Counted from the stretch's first letter, positions 44,662-56,532 are shown. The stretch: 64,000 nucleotides of DNA from a bacterium (GCA_030602615.1 JAUVZM010000001.1:5699-69698); one strand, 5' to 3'. Notes: generated from the letters alone by a model not told the origin. Numbers and translations: made by a program.

Positions 44662-45932
44662 CCCTCGTCACTCCCATTCTCTATCTCTAGCCGGGGCGCT
44701 TGCGATAGCTCTGGCCCGACCGGGCCTCCCGAGTTCACTAACGGATCGCCGACCTCAAAATAGCCCTCGGCCCACAGATGGCCCAGGCTCGCGCCACATT
44801 TGACGTGATCACGAATGCCCAGCATATCGTCAGCCCTGCGGGCACTGGTGTAGCCCTGCTCATCCCGATAAAGAACCCACAGCTCCTTCGGCGTCAGCCC
44901 ATTCACGAAGAAGGGCGAGTGAGTTGTCACCAACAGTTGTGTCTGGGCGGCTGCCTTGCGGCACTCTTCGGCGAGCTGCGGGAGCAGCCTTGGATGTAGA
45001 TGGTTTTCCGGCTCCTCAATCCCAATCAATTGGGGAGGCTCTGGGTCGTAGAGAACGACCAGATAGGACAGCAGCTTCAGGGTACCGTCCGACGCGAACT
45101 TCGCCAGGATCGGTTGGTCGAAAGGAGCATCCTTAATCTGCAGCAAGAGTCGGCCATCAGGCATTAGCTGGGCGTCAACCTTCTCCAGTCGCGGCACTCG
45201 AGACGACAGCGTCGCCAGTATCTGCGCCAGACGTTCCGGATGCCGTTCCCTCAGGTACTGGATCACATTGGGCAGGTTATCGCCGGTCGCCGTCAACCGC
45301 TCCGAGGGCCCGGCTTCCGGGACCCCGCGAGTGCTATCTGCCGTAAGATAAGACAGGTACCACCCCGTGATGAACCGACGGAGCGCACTGACGCGTGGGT
45401 GCTTTGTGAACTGGCCGAGCGTGTTGACCGCGAGCATGTCCGGGGAGGCAAGGTTCTCCTCCTGTCGGTTGTCCTTTTCGTCTGGCATGTCCCCCGTTAT
45501 CACTCCGCCGCTGCCGCGCTTGAAGTCTAGGAACCGAAAGGGCCTGCCATATGACCCACGCTTCCACTGTAGCCACTCCTCAGCCACGAAAGGCCCTTCA
45601 GACTCCTCATTCACCGCTAGGTGATACGTGATAAGAGGGGTCTTGGGGCGTTCCCGGTACTTCAGTTCTACTACTATCGGTCCATCGGTACCTCGCGTCC
45701 TCAATTCCTTGAAACGCCCTCGCTTGTCCCACGCTCTTCTCAGTCCCACTGTGAATGCTTCCGAAAGGAACGCAAACACGTCGAAAACGGTGGACTTGCC
45801 GCTGCCGTTCGGACCCAGCAAGACCGTGAGAGGCGTGATGTTCTTCAGTTCCAGCAGGCGCAATGCCCGGTAGTTCTGCACCTTGAGGTACTCGATGCGC
45901 GGTACTGACTGTACTGGGCTGTCCAGTTGCAT
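44652..45932 (-). CDS. AAA_21/ABC-type ATPase (defence/TA-associated)
   Basis: [32 protein letters not shown]. Confidence 0.9.
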   Translation of the reverse strand: MQLDSPVQSVPRIEYLKVQNYRALRLLELKNITPLTVLLGPNGSGKSTVFDVFAFLSEAFTVGLRRAWDKRGRFKELRTRGTDGPIVVELKYRERPKTPLITYHLAVNEESEGPFVAEEWLQWKRGSYGRPFRFLDFKRGSGGVITGDMPDEKDNRQEENLASPDMLAVNTLGQFTKHPRVSALRRFITGWYLSYLTADSTRGVPEAGPSERLTATGDNLPNVIQYLRERHPERLAQILATLSSRVPRLEKVDAQLMPDGRLLLQIKDAPFDQPILAKFASDGTLKLLSYLVVLYDPEPPQLIGIEEPENHLHPRLLPQLAEECRKAAAQTQLLVTTHSPFFVNGLTPKELWVLYRDEQGYTSARRADDMLGIRDHVKCGASLGHLWAEGYFEVGDPLVNSGGPVGPELSQAPRLEIENGSDEGCM

Positions 45933-46017
45933 AGCTGTCTCCCCACTGACGTCTCTCCGTTGGACGCGTGTGCAGCTCCTGGCTCACAGTCGCACGGCTT
46001 GGCCTTCGTGGCCTGCC

Positions 46018-46119
46018 TCTTCCTCTTCAACCCTGATGATGTGGTAGAATCGGGAAGCAGCCCGGATCGCAAACAGGCACCTTTAGTTTATCACAAAATC
46101 GCGGTTTTGACTATTGGCT
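46018..46119. repeat. About 100-bp imperfect direct repeat, copy 2 (ATPase upstream region)
   Basis: TCTTCCTCTTCAACCCTGATGATGTGGTAGAATCGGGAAGCAG...TTTAGTTTATCACAA. Confidence 0.9.
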
Positions 46120-46134
46120 ACCGCCGAGCTGTTC

Positions 46135-47046
46135 TTACTGATGAGAGTGTCCTGCCTCGGTGTGCCCTGACTCCTCAGACAGCGGAAAGACCAGGGGAGC
46201 TTCCTGCTCAGCACTCGCCACTTCCATCTCGATGGTCGTCTCGCCAAATCCAAAACGCTCCCGCAACAACTCTTCGACTGCCAGGTGCACCTGCCGCTGC
46301 TCCTGCGGGTTACTTGCGGCGGTTACTATGTGCGCGCTGATCGCAGTATAGTTCGAGCACAGACTCCAGGCGTGGATGTGATGCACACTGACCACATTAT
46401 CCAACGCAGTGATGGCCTCAGCAACCTGCTTCAGGTCAACGTCCCGCGGGACGCCTTCCAGCAAGATATGCACCGCCTCCCGGCCCAGACGCAGGCCACT
46501 GAACAGTATCAGCAGCCCGATAGCCACGCTGATTATCGGGTCAAAGATGTACTGTCCGGTGAGCGCAATCAGTCCGGCGGCAATCACCACGCCCACCGAT
46601 GCCAGCAGGTCGCCCAGCACGTGCAGGTAAGCCCCCCGCAGGTTGATGTCTCCGCCGTGCCCACTTAACCGTGTCAGCACGATGACGTTCACGAGCAGGC
46701 CGACCAGTCCGATTACCAGCATCCAGCCGCTCTTGATTTCGGTGGGCGCGAAGAGCCGGTCGTATGCTCGGAAGAAGATCGTCAGGGCGATCAGCCCGAG
46801 CAGCAGGCTGTTAATCAGCGCCGCGAAGACTTCCGCCCGGTGCATCCCAAAGGTGTGCTCGCGCGTGGGCGCCCGCTGCGACAGGCGAAACGCCATCAGC
46901 GCCAGCACCAGCGCAAACACATCGCCGAAGACGTGCCCGGCATCGCTGAGCAGCGCCAGGCTCCCCGTCCACCAGCCACCAACTATCTCGCCAACCAGGA
47001 TCACCGAAGTCAGCGCAATCGCAAACTTCAGCTTCGGCTCCTTCAC
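46135..47046 (-). CDS. Cation diffusion facilitator (CzcD/ZitB-like)
   Basis: SLALLSDAGHVFGD, NLRGAYLHVLGD, DPIIS, HHIHAWSL. Confidence 0.93.
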   Translation of the reverse strand: MKEPKLKFAIALTSVILVGEIVGGWWTGSLALLSDAGHVFGDVFALVLALMAFRLSQRAPTREHTFGMHRAEVFAALINSLLLGLIALTIFFRAYDRLFAPTEIKSGWMLVIGLVGLLVNVIVLTRLSGHGGDINLRGAYLHVLGDLLASVGVVIAAGLIALTGQYIFDPIISVAIGLLILFSGLRLGREAVHILLEGVPRDVDLKQVAEAITALDNVVSVHHIHAWSLCSNYTAISAHIVTAASNPQEQRQVHLAVEELLRERFGFGETTIEMEVASAEQEAPLVFPLSEESGHTEAGHSHQ

Positions 47047-47170
47047 CTCATCAGGCGAAGTTAATTGTTCATCGTGGTTATGTTCGGACAGAACAGATTC
47101 CTCCGTAGCAGGTAACCGCCTCGTCTTTCTACCCCGGTGGTTGCGTCAGCCACGACGGCGATTTCATCCC

Positions 47171-47803
47171 CTACAGCGACGGTTCCGGGCCCTCTTCCTG
47201 CTGTGCCTCAGGGTTTTCTCGATCGGTGTCCCACTGGCTAGGATTGAGGGCGACATATTCACGGATATGGGCCAGCTCCTGGTCGTCCCGGATGATGCGT
47301 TCATAGTAATTGCGTTGCCAAAACGCCTGGCCCGGTGTGCCCAACATGCCATTGCCCTTTATCGCGGTAATGGATTTGACCGCCCGCACAACATCACCAA
47401 CCGTAGGGGCGCTGCTTGCTGCGCCCTCTATGCTGCTTGCCGCGTCCCCTGTACCGCCCCTCGCCACCGTAGGGGCGCCGCTTGCTGCGTCCCCTGCGTT
47501 CTCAGACCTGGGCGCAGCAAGTAGCGCCCCTACAGGTTTGATGACAATAATCCCGTGCAAATGATTGGGCATAACGACGAACGCGTCCATTTCAACCGTG
47601 GCGAACCGCTCCGGCAGGGCGGCCCATTCCTGGCATACGTATTGCCCGACATCGCTCAACTCTACCCGCCCCGCCGAGACACTGCCGAGCAGGCACTCAT
47701 GGTTCCGCGTGCAGATAGTCACGAAATAGGCACCTAGCTGGGAATAATCATGCCCAGGCACCCGAATGGATCGCCGCCGATGCCCGGCCGGATCGAATCT
47801 CAC
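47171..47803 (-). mobile_element. REP-associated tyrosine transposase (RAYT, IS200-like Y1 HUH)
   Basis: RRRSIR...DYS..GAYFVTICT, VVMPNHLHGII (HUH), WQRNYYERIIRD, YVALNP. Confidence 0.9.
47403..47533. repeat. GTAG-type REP cluster inside the RAYT coding sequence
   Basis: GTAGGGGCGCTGCTTGCTGCGCCCT (47403), partial copy (47432), GTAGGGGCGCCGCTTGCTGCGTCCCCT (47469), inverted copy ending CGCCCCTAC (47533). Confidence 0.85.
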
Positions 47804-47831
47804 TGAGTCACTGCCCCACTTCCCTACATCC

Positions 47832-49604
47832 CTACACCCTCACGTACACCGTGTACACATACGTCAGCGTCTTCTCCTCGCCCGCGCTCAGCTTGATGTC
47901 CCACTTGATCTGCGAGGTCGGGTTAATCCCGAAGCTCTCCTCGCCCAGCTTGGTGAAGGCGCCCTCGGCCGTCGCCTCGCTGACCTCGCCCTCGATGCGC
48001 CGGGTGGCGATGAGCCGGATCTGCTCCTGCTTGTGATTGGTGATCTTAATCTCCCCGGTCACCGTCACCAGGTCGTAGTCATACCCGGAAACATGATACG
48101 CCTTTTGCTGCCGAGCGGTCTCGTTATCGGCCCTGCGGACGCCGATATCGGGTGCAATCGTCGTGCGCACGTCCACCTGCGCGCCGATCGCCGTGTAGGT
48201 CAACATACTCTGGGCAATTGGCCGCCAGCCTTTGACCGTCATCGCCGCGCCGGTTGTCCAGGGCTGCTCGGTCTCGTTCTTGATGCGCAGCGCATGCCAG
48301 GCCTTGGGCCGAGCCAGCTCGCGGGCCAGCGCTTCGGCCTCTTCATCCAGCTGCCCGCCGCGCTCGCGGGTATAGCGCGGGGAGTAGCGCCGATAGGCTG
48401 TCCCCGGCTCGTCAATGATATTCAGCAGGTAGACATCTTCGTACTTGACCGCTTCGTCGAAGATGCCCACCGCGGCCCGGCCACCCCTGGCCAGCGTCAT
48501 CTCCGGCACGTGGTAGAAGAACAGCTCCTCCGCGCCCAGGCCCGTCACCTGCGGCACCGGCATCGCTTCCCCACTTACCATTCCCGGCATCGCGGCGCCA
48601 TAGCCATAGCTACCATAGCCACCACCGCCGTACCCCCCGTACCCAACGGCCACCTGCGACATTGCCGCGCGGGCGTAGACTTCTCGCTCCCGTCCCTGCA
48701 GCGGGGCAAAATAGCCCGAAAGCCGCGTCCAGGCCATCTGCAGCGACAGCGGGGAGATCTCGTCCTGCTGGATGAAATGGGGTACGCCCACGACCAGGTG
48801 CAGATTGCTGTTGTCCAGGTCCACCACATCGTTTATCACCGTCGCCTGCAACCGCAGGCGCGCGTCTCCCTTGGTCTCCCCCAACTCCAGCCGGTACGAC
48901 GGTGTCCACTGGAGGCCCTTCGCCATATACGCCATGCCCACATTTGACTTGCTCACCACCGTCTTGCCGCCCTTCACCAGCCGCGCGGAGAGCACCTGCT
49001 GCGGGCGAGTGAGGGTAACGATGCGCACAGGGTTATCCGCGAAGGCAATCGTCCTAATCATACTCTTGGGTATGACCACCTGCTGGCCATTGCCCTGTTC
49101 CAGTACCGCGTGTGAGACCTGCTTGCGCCCGGGCCGTTCCCGTGGCGGCACCGCCGCCCAGATAGTCTCGTCGTCCCGATTGCCGGTCGGGCTGCCCTCG
49201 GTAGCCAGCGGCTCCCGCAGCTTCCCCACCCATCTCTGCTCGTCGGGCCCGGTGATAACTACCTCCTGGCCGACATTAGCCAGCAGTAGGTCATCAATGC
49301 TCTGCGCGTCGTCGGCTTCGCTAAGGTCTTTGACCTCCGCCACGGAGCGATCCACCGTGACTCCCTCGTCGGGGCTGTACAGCCACAGCGTGCCCAGACT
49401 GGCCTGCGGGACCTTGTCAAAGGTTACCCAGCCTGCGGTGGGCTGACCTTGCCCTTCGGCCATCACGAAGCCGTACCCGTGCTTGAACACCGCAACGTCA
49501 ATGACTCGCACCGACGTCTTCTCCGTCTCCGCGGCCCCGGCGCCTGCCGCGCACGTCACCGCCAGGACCAATCCGACCATCACGACTGCCTGCAATCTGT
49601 TCAC
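47832..49604 (-). CDS. Exported DUF4139-like protein
   Basis: AAGGAGG SD and GTG; signal peptide; [20 protein letters not shown]-terminal TLTYVY. Confidence 0.65.
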   Translation of the reverse strand: MNRLQAVVMVGLVLAVTCAAGAGAAETEKTSVRVIDVAVFKHGYGFVMAEGQGQPTAGWVTFDKVPQASLGTLWLYSPDEGVTVDRSVAEVKDLSEADDAQSIDDLLLANVGQEVVITGPDEQRWVGKLREPLATEGSPTGNRDDETIWAAVPPRERPGRKQVSHAVLEQGNGQQVVIPKSMIRTIAFADNPVRIVTLTRPQQVLSARLVKGGKTVVSKSNVGMAYMAKGLQWTPSYRLELGETKGDARLRLQATVINDVVDLDNSNLHLVVGVPHFIQQDEISPLSLQMAWTRLSGYFAPLQGREREVYARAAMSQVAVGYGGYGGGGYGSYGYGAAMPGMVSGEAMPVPQVTGLGAEELFFYHVPEMTLARGGRAAVGIFDEAVKYEDVYLLNIIDEPGTAYRRYSPRYTRERGGQLDEEAEALARELARPKAWHALRIKNETEQPWTTGAAMTVKGWRPIAQSMLTYTAIGAQVDVRTTIAPDIGVRRADNETARQQKAYHVSGYDYDLVTVTGEIKITNHKQEQIRLIATRRIEGEVSEATAEGAFTKLGEESFGINPTSQIKWDIKLSAGEEKTLTYVYTVYVRV

Positions 49605-49704
49605 TGCTCCCGCCTCCTTAAGCCATAGTGGTACCACGGTCAGCCTGCGACGCATGACCTCATAATCTGACACCTGACCGTTTCCGAAAGTTCGGTCGCG
49701 ACGG

Positions 49705-51165
49705 CTAGCCTTTCATCACCGCTATTGGCACCAGGCGGGCGACTTTGCGCGAGATGCCCGCCTGGTGGCAGACCTCCACGACCCGGTCCACATCCTTGTA
49801 CGCCTCGGGCATCTCCTCGGCGACGGTCTTTCTGCCGGCGGCGCGGATCACAATGCCCTGCGCCTCCAGTTCCCGGATGACCTGCTCGCCAGACTTGGTC
49901 TTACGCGCCTGGGTCCGCGACATCTGCCGCCCCGCGCCGTGGCAGGTCGAACCCCAGGTCTGCTCCATAGCCGCCTCCGTGCCGACCAGCAGGTACGAGG
50001 CCGTCCCCATATCACCGGGCACCAGCACCGGCTGGCCGACCTGCCGGTATTGCCGAGGCACATCAGGATGACCCGGCCCAAAGGCGCGTGTGGCCCCCTT
50101 GCGATGGACGCACAGCCGCTTGCTGCCACCATCTACGCGGTGCTCTTCAAACTTGGCGATATTGTGGGCCACGTCCCAGATCTGCTCCAGCCCCAGCTTC
50201 TCATCCCCCTGACCGAAGGCCTTACTGAAGGCCTCCCGCACCGAGTGGGTAATCGCCTGGCGATTGGCCCAGGCGTAATTAGCGGCACAGGCCATATTCT
50301 GGTAGTACCGCTGCCCTTCCGGCGAGCCAATCGGCGCGCAGGCCAGTTGCTTGTCGGGCAGCTCGATGTTGTACTTGCGCACTGCCTTCTGCATCACATC
50401 CAGCGCGTCGTCGCAGACCTGGTGGCCGAAGCCACGCGAGCCGGTATGAATCATCACCGTCACCTGGCCGGGCGCTTCGATGCCAAAGGCAGAAGCCACT
50501 TGCTCGTCATAGATCTGGTCAACGACCTGAATCTCGATGAAGTGGTTGCCGCTCCCCAAGGTGGCGAGCTGCGGCCGGGCGCGCTTAACCGCCCGCTCGC
50601 TGAGGCCGGCGGGATCGGCCCCGGGCAGGCAGCCGCGCTCTTCAGTGGCTTCCAAATCTTCAGCCCGCCCGTAGCCGCGCGCCACTGCTGCTTGGGCCCC
50701 CTTGACGAACACTTCATCTAGCTGGCTGCGGTTCATGCTAATGCGCCCCTTCTTGCCCACGCCAGCCGGAACCGCTGAGAATATCTGGTCAGCAACCTTC
50801 TCCAGGCGACCTTTGACATCGGCGTGCTCCAGGTCAGTGCGCAGCAGCCGCACGCCACAGTTGATATCGTACCCGACACCACCGGGCGAGATGACGCCCT
50901 CGTCGGTGTCGAATGCCGCCACGCCGCCGATGGGAAAGCCGTACCCGTAGTGGCAGTCGGGCATCGCCAGCGCCGGCCCGACAATCCCCGGCATACAGGC
51001 GACGTTGGCAATCTGCCACAGCGCAGCATCCTCCTTGAGCGACTCGAACAAGACGTCGTCGGCATATAATATGCCATCAGTGTTCATACCCACGCTTTCT
51101 GCACGGGGCAGTCGCCAGCGGTAGTCGTCAATCTTCTCAAGCTTACCTTCGTACTGCTTGGCCAT
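49705..51165 (-). CDS. rtcB: RtcB RNA 3'-phosphate/5'-OH ligase (long, archaeal-like type)
   Basis: [54 protein letters not shown]. Confidence 0.96.
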   Translation of the reverse strand: MAKQYEGKLEKIDDYRWRLPRAESVGMNTDGILYADDVLFESLKEDAALWQIANVACMPGIVGPALAMPDCHYGYGFPIGGVAAFDTDEGVISPGGVGYDINCGVRLLRTDLEHADVKGRLEKVADQIFSAVPAGVGKKGRISMNRSQLDEVFVKGAQAAVARGYGRAEDLEATEERGCLPGADPAGLSERAVKRARPQLATLGSGNHFIEIQVVDQIYDEQVASAFGIEAPGQVTVMIHTGSRGFGHQVCDDALDVMQKAVRKYNIELPDKQLACAPIGSPEGQRYYQNMACAANYAWANRQAITHSVREAFSKAFGQGDEKLGLEQIWDVAHNIAKFEEHRVDGGSKRLCVHRKGATRAFGPGHPDVPRQYRQVGQPVLVPGDMGTASYLLVGTEAAMEQTWGSTCHGAGRQMSRTQARKTKSGEQVIRELEAQGIVIRAAGRKTVAEEMPEAYKDVDRVVEVCHQAGISRKVARLVPIAVMKG

Positions 51166-51166
51166 C

Positions 51167-51817
51167 TTATCCACCCCTATTGTTGTCGTAGGATTCATCG
51201 AAATCGGGATTGCCCTGCTGGGGAATGCGTCCCGGATGGCAGACAGGACACCTCTGGTCGGGCGCGACCAAACGCCCGCACTCGGGACAGGGCCGGTAGC
51301 CCTCAGCCCGACGCCACTGCTGCAGGCGGCAGAAGTTGGTCATTGCCGCCGAAAATTGGCGCTGCAGCCCTTCATCGTCCATCTTCTCGGCCAGCGCCCT
51401 AATAAAATCCGCATCCTGCTGCGGCACCTGTAGCTGCGCAAGCTCAGCAGGCGAGGGCAGCGGCTCTTCTTCGGTCTCTGCTATGGTTGGGGCAGGGCGC
51501 CCGCGGCCAACCCGACTACTGGTCGCCCGTATCTCCTTGATGAAGTTGCCGTCCAGCCGCTTGTTGAGCTTTTCCTTGATACGCTCAGAATCAAGCTGCA
51601 ACTGCTGAGCGCGGGGCGCTGAATCGCAGTGCACTATTAGCACACCGTCGCGGATCTGCGTCACCTGGGTATGCTGGGCATACCACTTGCCGACCACCTC
51701 CGCCCACACAAACGCGGCCAGCATCTCCCGACTCTTGGCCAGCAATCCGTGGTCGGCCATGTAGTCGGTGAGCATCTCGCCCACGTCGCTGGTTCGGGCG
51801 CTGCGCTTCTTAGCCAT
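51167..51817 (-). CDS. dciA: DciA (DUF721) helicase-operating protein with C-terminal Zn ribbon
   Basis: WAEVVG...HT....GVLIVHCDS core; CPECG...CPVC; follows recF. Confidence 0.8.
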   Translation of the reverse strand: MAKKRSARTSDVGEMLTDYMADHGLLAKSREMLAAFVWAEVVGKWYAQHTQVTQIRDGVLIVHCDSAPRAQQLQLDSERIKEKLNKRLDGNFIKEIRATSSRVGRGRPAPTIAETEEEPLPSPAELAQLQVPQQDADFIRALAEKMDDEGLQRQFSAAMTNFCRLQQWRRAEGYRPCPECGRLVAPDQRCPVCHPGRIPQQGNPDFDESYDNNRGG

Positions 51818-52988
51818 CGATTGCCGCCACTCCCTGGGCTTGCCTGATCTCTCCGCCCGCCAGCCCATACCAGGCCGCCCAATCTGCCTTTCGCAAGCTG
51901 TCACTGGGCGCTGCGCTGGTCACCAGCACCTGCTGGAAGCTGCCCAACAGTTCCAGCAGCCCGCCCGTCCGCCGGTTGTCCAATTCAGAAAAACAGTCAT
52001 CCAGCAGCAGGATAGGCAGCTCCCCGCGCCGCCGGCCAATTACCTGGGCTTCAGCAAGCTTCAGGGCAAGCGCCGCCGTCCGCTGCTGGCCCTGTGACCC
52101 AAAGCGGCGCAGCGAGCGACCGTCAGCGGTGATTTCCACATCGTCGCGATGAGGCCCGACCTGCGTGGCACCCCGCTGCAGCTCGCGGTCAAACTGCCTG
52201 TCCAGTTGTTCCCGAAAAACCGCCTCACGCTGCTGGTCATCCCCTGCCCCGGCTAGAGAGCTACTGTAGCAGATGCCTATCTGCTCGGTGTCACCAGTCA
52301 GTTGACTCTGCAACTGTGCTGCCACAGGACTTAGTTGGTTGAGAAACTGTTCGCGGTCAGCGCTGATCCGCACACCCGCCTCGACAAGCTGACTTGTCCA
52401 GGGCGCCAGGCTGGCCCCGTCGGCCTTATCTTGCGCCACCTGCTTGAGCAACTCGTTGCGCTGTCGGAGGGCCCGCCGATAGCGGTGCAGGTCAGCGAGG
52501 TAGCGCGGGGTTATCTGGGCTATTGCCATGTTCAATAGCCGGCGGCGTACGCCGGCCGGGCCCTTGACTATCTCCAGATCGTCCGGCGTAAACAACACGG
52601 CCGGCGCCTCACCGACGACCCTTGCCACTGAACTCGCTACTTGTCCGTCAATCTGTACGCACTTGGCCCCGGTCAGATAGGAGGGCGGCGCCTCCCCTTC
52701 AGGCCTTGAGCTGCATTGGCCCTGTAAGGTCACCGCAATAGCTCGCGGCGGGCCGCTGTCAAACTCAAAGCGGCCGGCTGCCTGTCCCCAGGACCTGCCC
52801 CACTGCACCAGCTCGCGATCGTAGGTGGTGCGGGGAGACTTGGTAGTCGCTAGCAGTAAGACTGCCTCCAGTAGGCTCGTCTTGCCACTGGCGTTAGGCC
52901 CGACAAACAAATTCGGCCCCGGTGGCAAGTCCACGGCGAGCTGCTGGTAGCAGCGCAAGTATTGTAGTCGTAGCTTTGATATATACAA
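51810..52988 (-). CDS. recF: DNA replication/repair protein RecF
   Basis: [37 protein letters not shown]. Confidence 0.96.
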   Translation of the reverse strand: MYISKLRLQYLRCYQQLAVDLPPGPNLFVGPNASGKTSLLEAVLLLATTKSPRTTYDRELVQWGRSWGQAAGRFEFDSGPPRAIAVTLQGQCSSRPEGEAPPSYLTGAKCVQIDGQVASSVARVVGEAPAVLFTPDDLEIVKGPAGVRRRLLNMAIAQITPRYLADLHRYRRALRQRNELLKQVAQDKADGASLAPWTSQLVEAGVRISADREQFLNQLSPVAAQLQSQLTGDTEQIGICYSSSLAGAGDDQQREAVFREQLDRQFDRELQRGATQVGPHRDDVEITADGRSLRRFGSQGQQRTAALALKLAEAQVIGRRRGELPILLLDDCFSELDNRRTGGLLELLGSFQQVLVTSAAPSDSLRKADWAAWYGLAGGEIRQAQGVAAIDG

Positions 52989-53130
52989 AGTCAGGGGTTC
53001 AGCTCAGCGTTTGCCAACTGTGTAAAAGTAAGCCCCGGTCCTACTCGGCCCGGGGCCTGCTGTTAGTCATTGACTTGCGTCCTTCGCGCTCCGCACCAGC
53101 CAGCCACCGCCGCTGTGAGAGCATTCGGCC

Positions 53131-54243
53131 CTACATTATCTGCATGGGCATAACGACGTAGGTGTAGTCATCACGGTCGCTGGGTCGTATTACCCCAGGC
53201 TCCAGGGGACGGGACAGAGCAATTCGCACTTCCTCACTGCGGGCCGCGTCCAACATATCCAGAATGTAGCTAGCATTGAAGGCTGTCTCAATCGCCTCGC
53301 CCTCCAGCTTCGCCGGTATCTCCTCCTCAACGTGCCCGACATCCGGGCTGGCCGCAGTTATCCGCAGCCCTTCTTCACTGGTGTGAAAGACCACGCGATT
53401 GGCATCCTCGCGCGCTACGATCAGAGCACGTCGTAGGGCACTCTCTAGCTCTGCCGTACTCACTGTAATATACTTGTCCAACTGATCCTCATCGGGGATA
53501 ACCTTCTCGTAGTTAGGGAACTCCCCCTCAATCAGCCGAGATGCTATCGTGATCGAGCCGACTTCAAAGCTGACCAGATCACTGGAGATCGCGATCTCAA
53601 CTAGCTCATCTGCCTCGTCATCCAGAATGCGCAACACCTCATTGAGCGCCTTCACGGACACGATAGCTTCCTCGGCCTGGTCAACCGCATTCTCACTGGT
53701 GCGCAGGGCTAGCCGATAGGTGTCGGTAGCAACCAGGCGCAGACCAGAATCCTCCAACGCAAACAACACCCCGGTCAGGATGGGGCGGGTCTCATCATCA
53801 GAGGCGGCAAAGGCAGTTTGCCGCAGCAACTCAGACAGTTGGCTTTGTGGCACGGAGAATTCTGTGGCATCAGCTATCTCCGGCAGCATCTGGAAATCAT
53901 CAGCAGAAACCCCACGAATATCGTAGCTGGCGCTGCCACAGCTAATTGCCAGGTTATTAGCTTCATCAGCCACCAGCTCAACATCCCCGCCGGGCAGGCT
54001 AGTGGCAATTTGCGTGAAGTAGCGCGCCGGGACGGTCGTGGCTCCCTCATCGCTCACTGTCGCCAGGATGGTGGCGTCGATGCTCACATACTCCAGATCT
54101 GTCGCCACCAGCCGCAGGGCATCATCCTGCGATGAGAGGTAGATATTATTCTGCACCGGCTGGGTGCTGCGTCCCGACACACCGCGACCCACAGTTTGCA
54201 CGATATTATACAGCTCGTCCTGCGAGCACTTAGCATTTAGCAT
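53131..54243 (-). CDS. dnaN: DNA polymerase III beta clamp
   Basis: ATDLE, RPILTGV, VATDTYRLA, RLIEGEFPNY, YVVMPM. Confidence 0.97.
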   Translation of the reverse strand: MLNAKCSQDELYNIVQTVGRGVSGRSTQPVQNNIYLSSQDDALRLVATDLEYVSIDATILATVSDEGATTVPARYFTQIATSLPGGDVELVADEANNLAISCGSASYDIRGVSADDFQMLPEIADATEFSVPQSQLSELLRQTAFAASDDETRPILTGVLFALEDSGLRLVATDTYRLALRTSENAVDQAEEAIVSVKALNEVLRILDDEADELVEIAISSDLVSFEVGSITIASRLIEGEFPNYEKVIPDEDQLDKYITVSTAELESALRRALIVAREDANRVVFHTSEEGLRITAASPDVGHVEEEIPAKLEGEAIETAFNASYILDMLDAARSEEVRIALSRPLEPGVIRPSDRDDYTYVVMPMQIM

Positions 54244-54369
54244 CTACGTTCCTCCTCAGAACAATTGTGACAGTGTCGGCTCTCTAACAAAACAGTGTCG
54301 TAGGCTCTGCCCACTACAGAGTCGGACAGCAATTTTAGGCAGTTGTCCCCGGCTCTGCTGTTACGGCAA

Positions 54370-54580
54370 TTCTCTTACTTATATATAGTCCTAGTAGTAG
54401 TAAGGCAGTGGATTGCGTGGAAAAGCCCGCTCGTGCCTATGAAACAAACAATATCGGTGTAGATAACGTTGGGAAAGCGCTGAGTAGAACTCAACTGGTT
54501 TTGCACAGTATCCACACCGGGATTAATTATGCCTAATCTTCCCCGTCTTGTCAACAGGCTATCTGCTAGTTGTCAACAGC
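54370..54580. other. oriC unwinding region (dnaA-dnaN intergenic)
   Basis: AT-rich stretch, DnaA-trios TAGTAGTAGTAA (54392-54403), GGC, tandem boxes AGTGGATTG/CGTGGAAAA, further box-like 9-mers at 54458, 54499, 54508, 54548, 54570. Confidence 0.85.
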
Positions 54581-54589
54581 GATAGCAAG

Positions 54590-55954
54590 TTAGGCCTGCA
54601 GACCACTCTTCAGATCATTGATCAACCACAGCACTTCTTCATCGGTCTCCAGCAGTTCACTTACCTTGTTATATCCATGCAGGATAGTGCTGTGGTCCCG
54701 ACCGCCGAAGAAGTCGCCGATATTGGCCAGTGAATTGTTGGTCAGCTCTCGGCATAGGTATATGGCTACTTGCCGCGGCCAGACAATCTCCTGATTGCGC
54801 TTCGGTCCCAGCATGTCCTCCAGGGGACAGTCCATCTGGTCGGCCACATATTCAGCAATATCTCGTACTGAGACCGACCTGGGCGCGGCGGCGGTTGAGT
54901 AGTCGGAGATCAATTCCTCCACGGCCGACAGCGTTGGCTGCTCGTTGGTAAGAGAGATCTGAGCACATACCTTGAGCAGCGCCCCCTCGAGCACCCGGAT
55001 ATTGGACTCGATCTTCTCGGCGATGTAAGTGAGTATTTCGCGAGGCAGGTCCAGACCTTCAGACTGGGCCTTCTTATCGAGAATAGCAATGCGGGTCTCG
55101 ACGTCGGGGCAGCGCAGGTCGGCAACTATACCCATCTCCAGACGACTGCGCAGCCGGTCGTTCATCAGTTGCAAGTGCCGGGGAGGCGCGTCGCTGGCAA
55201 TCACCACCTGCTTATTCGTCTCGTAAAGGGTATTGAAGGTGTGGAAGAATTCTTCCTCTGATGCTGGCCCCTTGATAGCAGCGATAAACTGAACATCGTC
55301 CACCAGCCAGACATCTACATTGCGGTAACGGCGTCGGAACTGGGCAGTGCGGTTATCGCGTATTGACCCGATAAGCTGGTTCACGAAGCTTTCCGCCGAG
55401 ATGTATACCACCTGCAAGTTGGGATTGTGCTCAACAACTGCGTGCCCAATTGCCTGCAGTAGATGGGTCTTGCCCAGTCCGACCTTGCTATGAATGAAGA
55501 ACGGGTTGTAGCTCTTGCCCGGCGACTTAGAAACCTGCTGGCCAGCGGCGTGGGCAAAGCGATTGCAGTCGGCTACTACGAAGTTCTCAAATGTGTACTT
55601 CGGATTCAGGGGGACACTGCCAAAGCCCGTAGCGACGGGCGTGGCTGGCGCGGTGTGCACTGTCTGCGGCATTGGCTGATTGGCTTGGTGCTCTACGACC
55701 TGCATCTCCACGCGCACGGGCTTTTCCACCAGCTCGCTTAGGCACGAGCTTATTGCTGGCAGGTGCTTCTCCCTTAACCAGTCACGTGCGAACTCATTGG
55801 CAACGCCTAACAGAAGCGTCTCGCCATCAAACTCCAGCACCTGCGCACTGCGTAGGAAACTGTCGCAAGCCGCGTGGCCCACGCTCTCAGCTAACTGGGG
55901 AAGAGCTGATTGCCAAAGCTGCGCAAGTCCCGACGATGAGATCGTTTCGGGCAT
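54590..55954 (-). CDS. dnaA: Chromosomal replication initiator DnaA
   Basis: [48 protein letters not shown]. Confidence 0.98.
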   Translation of the reverse strand: MPETISSSGLAQLWQSALPQLAESVGHAACDSFLRSAQVLEFDGETLLLGVANEFARDWLREKHLPAISSCLSELVEKPVRVEMQVVEHQANQPMPQTVHTAPATPVATGFGSVPLNPKYTFENFVVADCNRFAHAAGQQVSKSPGKSYNPFFIHSKVGLGKTHLLQAIGHAVVEHNPNLQVVYISAESFVNQLIGSIRDNRTAQFRRRYRNVDVWLVDDVQFIAAIKGPASEEEFFHTFNTLYETNKQVVIASDAPPRHLQLMNDRLRSRLEMGIVADLRCPDVETRIAILDKKAQSEGLDLPREILTYIAEKIESNIRVLEGALLKVCAQISLTNEQPTLSAVEELISDYSTAAAPRSVSVRDIAEYVADQMDCPLEDMLGPKRNQEIVWPRQVAIYLCRELTNNSLANIGDFFGGRDHSTILHGYNKVSELLETDEEVLWLINDLKSGLQA

Positions 55955-56156
55955 GCCAACACCTCTATGTGTATAAAAGTGAGCTATCCAGACATAAGAC
56001 TGGCTATCCAGGCATTCGGCTCGAAAGGTGAGAGGATACCGCCAGGTTCGGCTGCTGAGGTGTGGTTATTGCGTCAAGTTCTAGTGCGTGGTAAGGATGC
56101 AGTGATGGTTGCTAAGTAGTGCTGCGAAAGATTACAACTAAACCGGCTTCCCCGAC

Positions 56157-56532
56157 TTTTCCACAATATTTATCCACAAATGTGGAAAACGTGGGCCCTC
56201 CCAGATGTAGAGTAAGTATAGCACAAATCAAAACCGATGTAAAGAGGAAAAACCAGCAATTTCCAAAATTATTACAAGTTTTTTCCAAGGTCCCCTATTT
56301 CAGTGGACTAATATGCCTAACCAGCCCCAAATCCTCACCGAATCGGCGGCATCCTCTCTCTATGCCCCATAATCTGCTGCCATAGCCAAGACGTTGCTCC
56401 TTACAGAAGATAGCTGCCGGAAATCAGCGTCAGCAACACCTTAACTCTCCCTGTTGTGTCCTGGACAGATGCCTGCCCCAAATCCATAATTGTGGAAAAC
56501 TCTGGGGAAAACTGGGCATAAATTGTGGACAA
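56157..56532. promoter_or_regulatory. DnaA-box clusters upstream of dnaA (second oriC part / autoregulation)
   Basis: TTTTCCACA 56157, TTATCCACA 56170, TGTGGAAAA 56181 and 56491, TGGGGAAAA 56503, TGTGGACAA 56524. Confidence 0.85.
56215..56243 (-). promoter_or_regulatory. dnaA promoter
   Basis: TTTACA-17 bp-TATACT with extended -10 TG, immediately upstream of three DnaA boxes. Confidence 0.75.
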
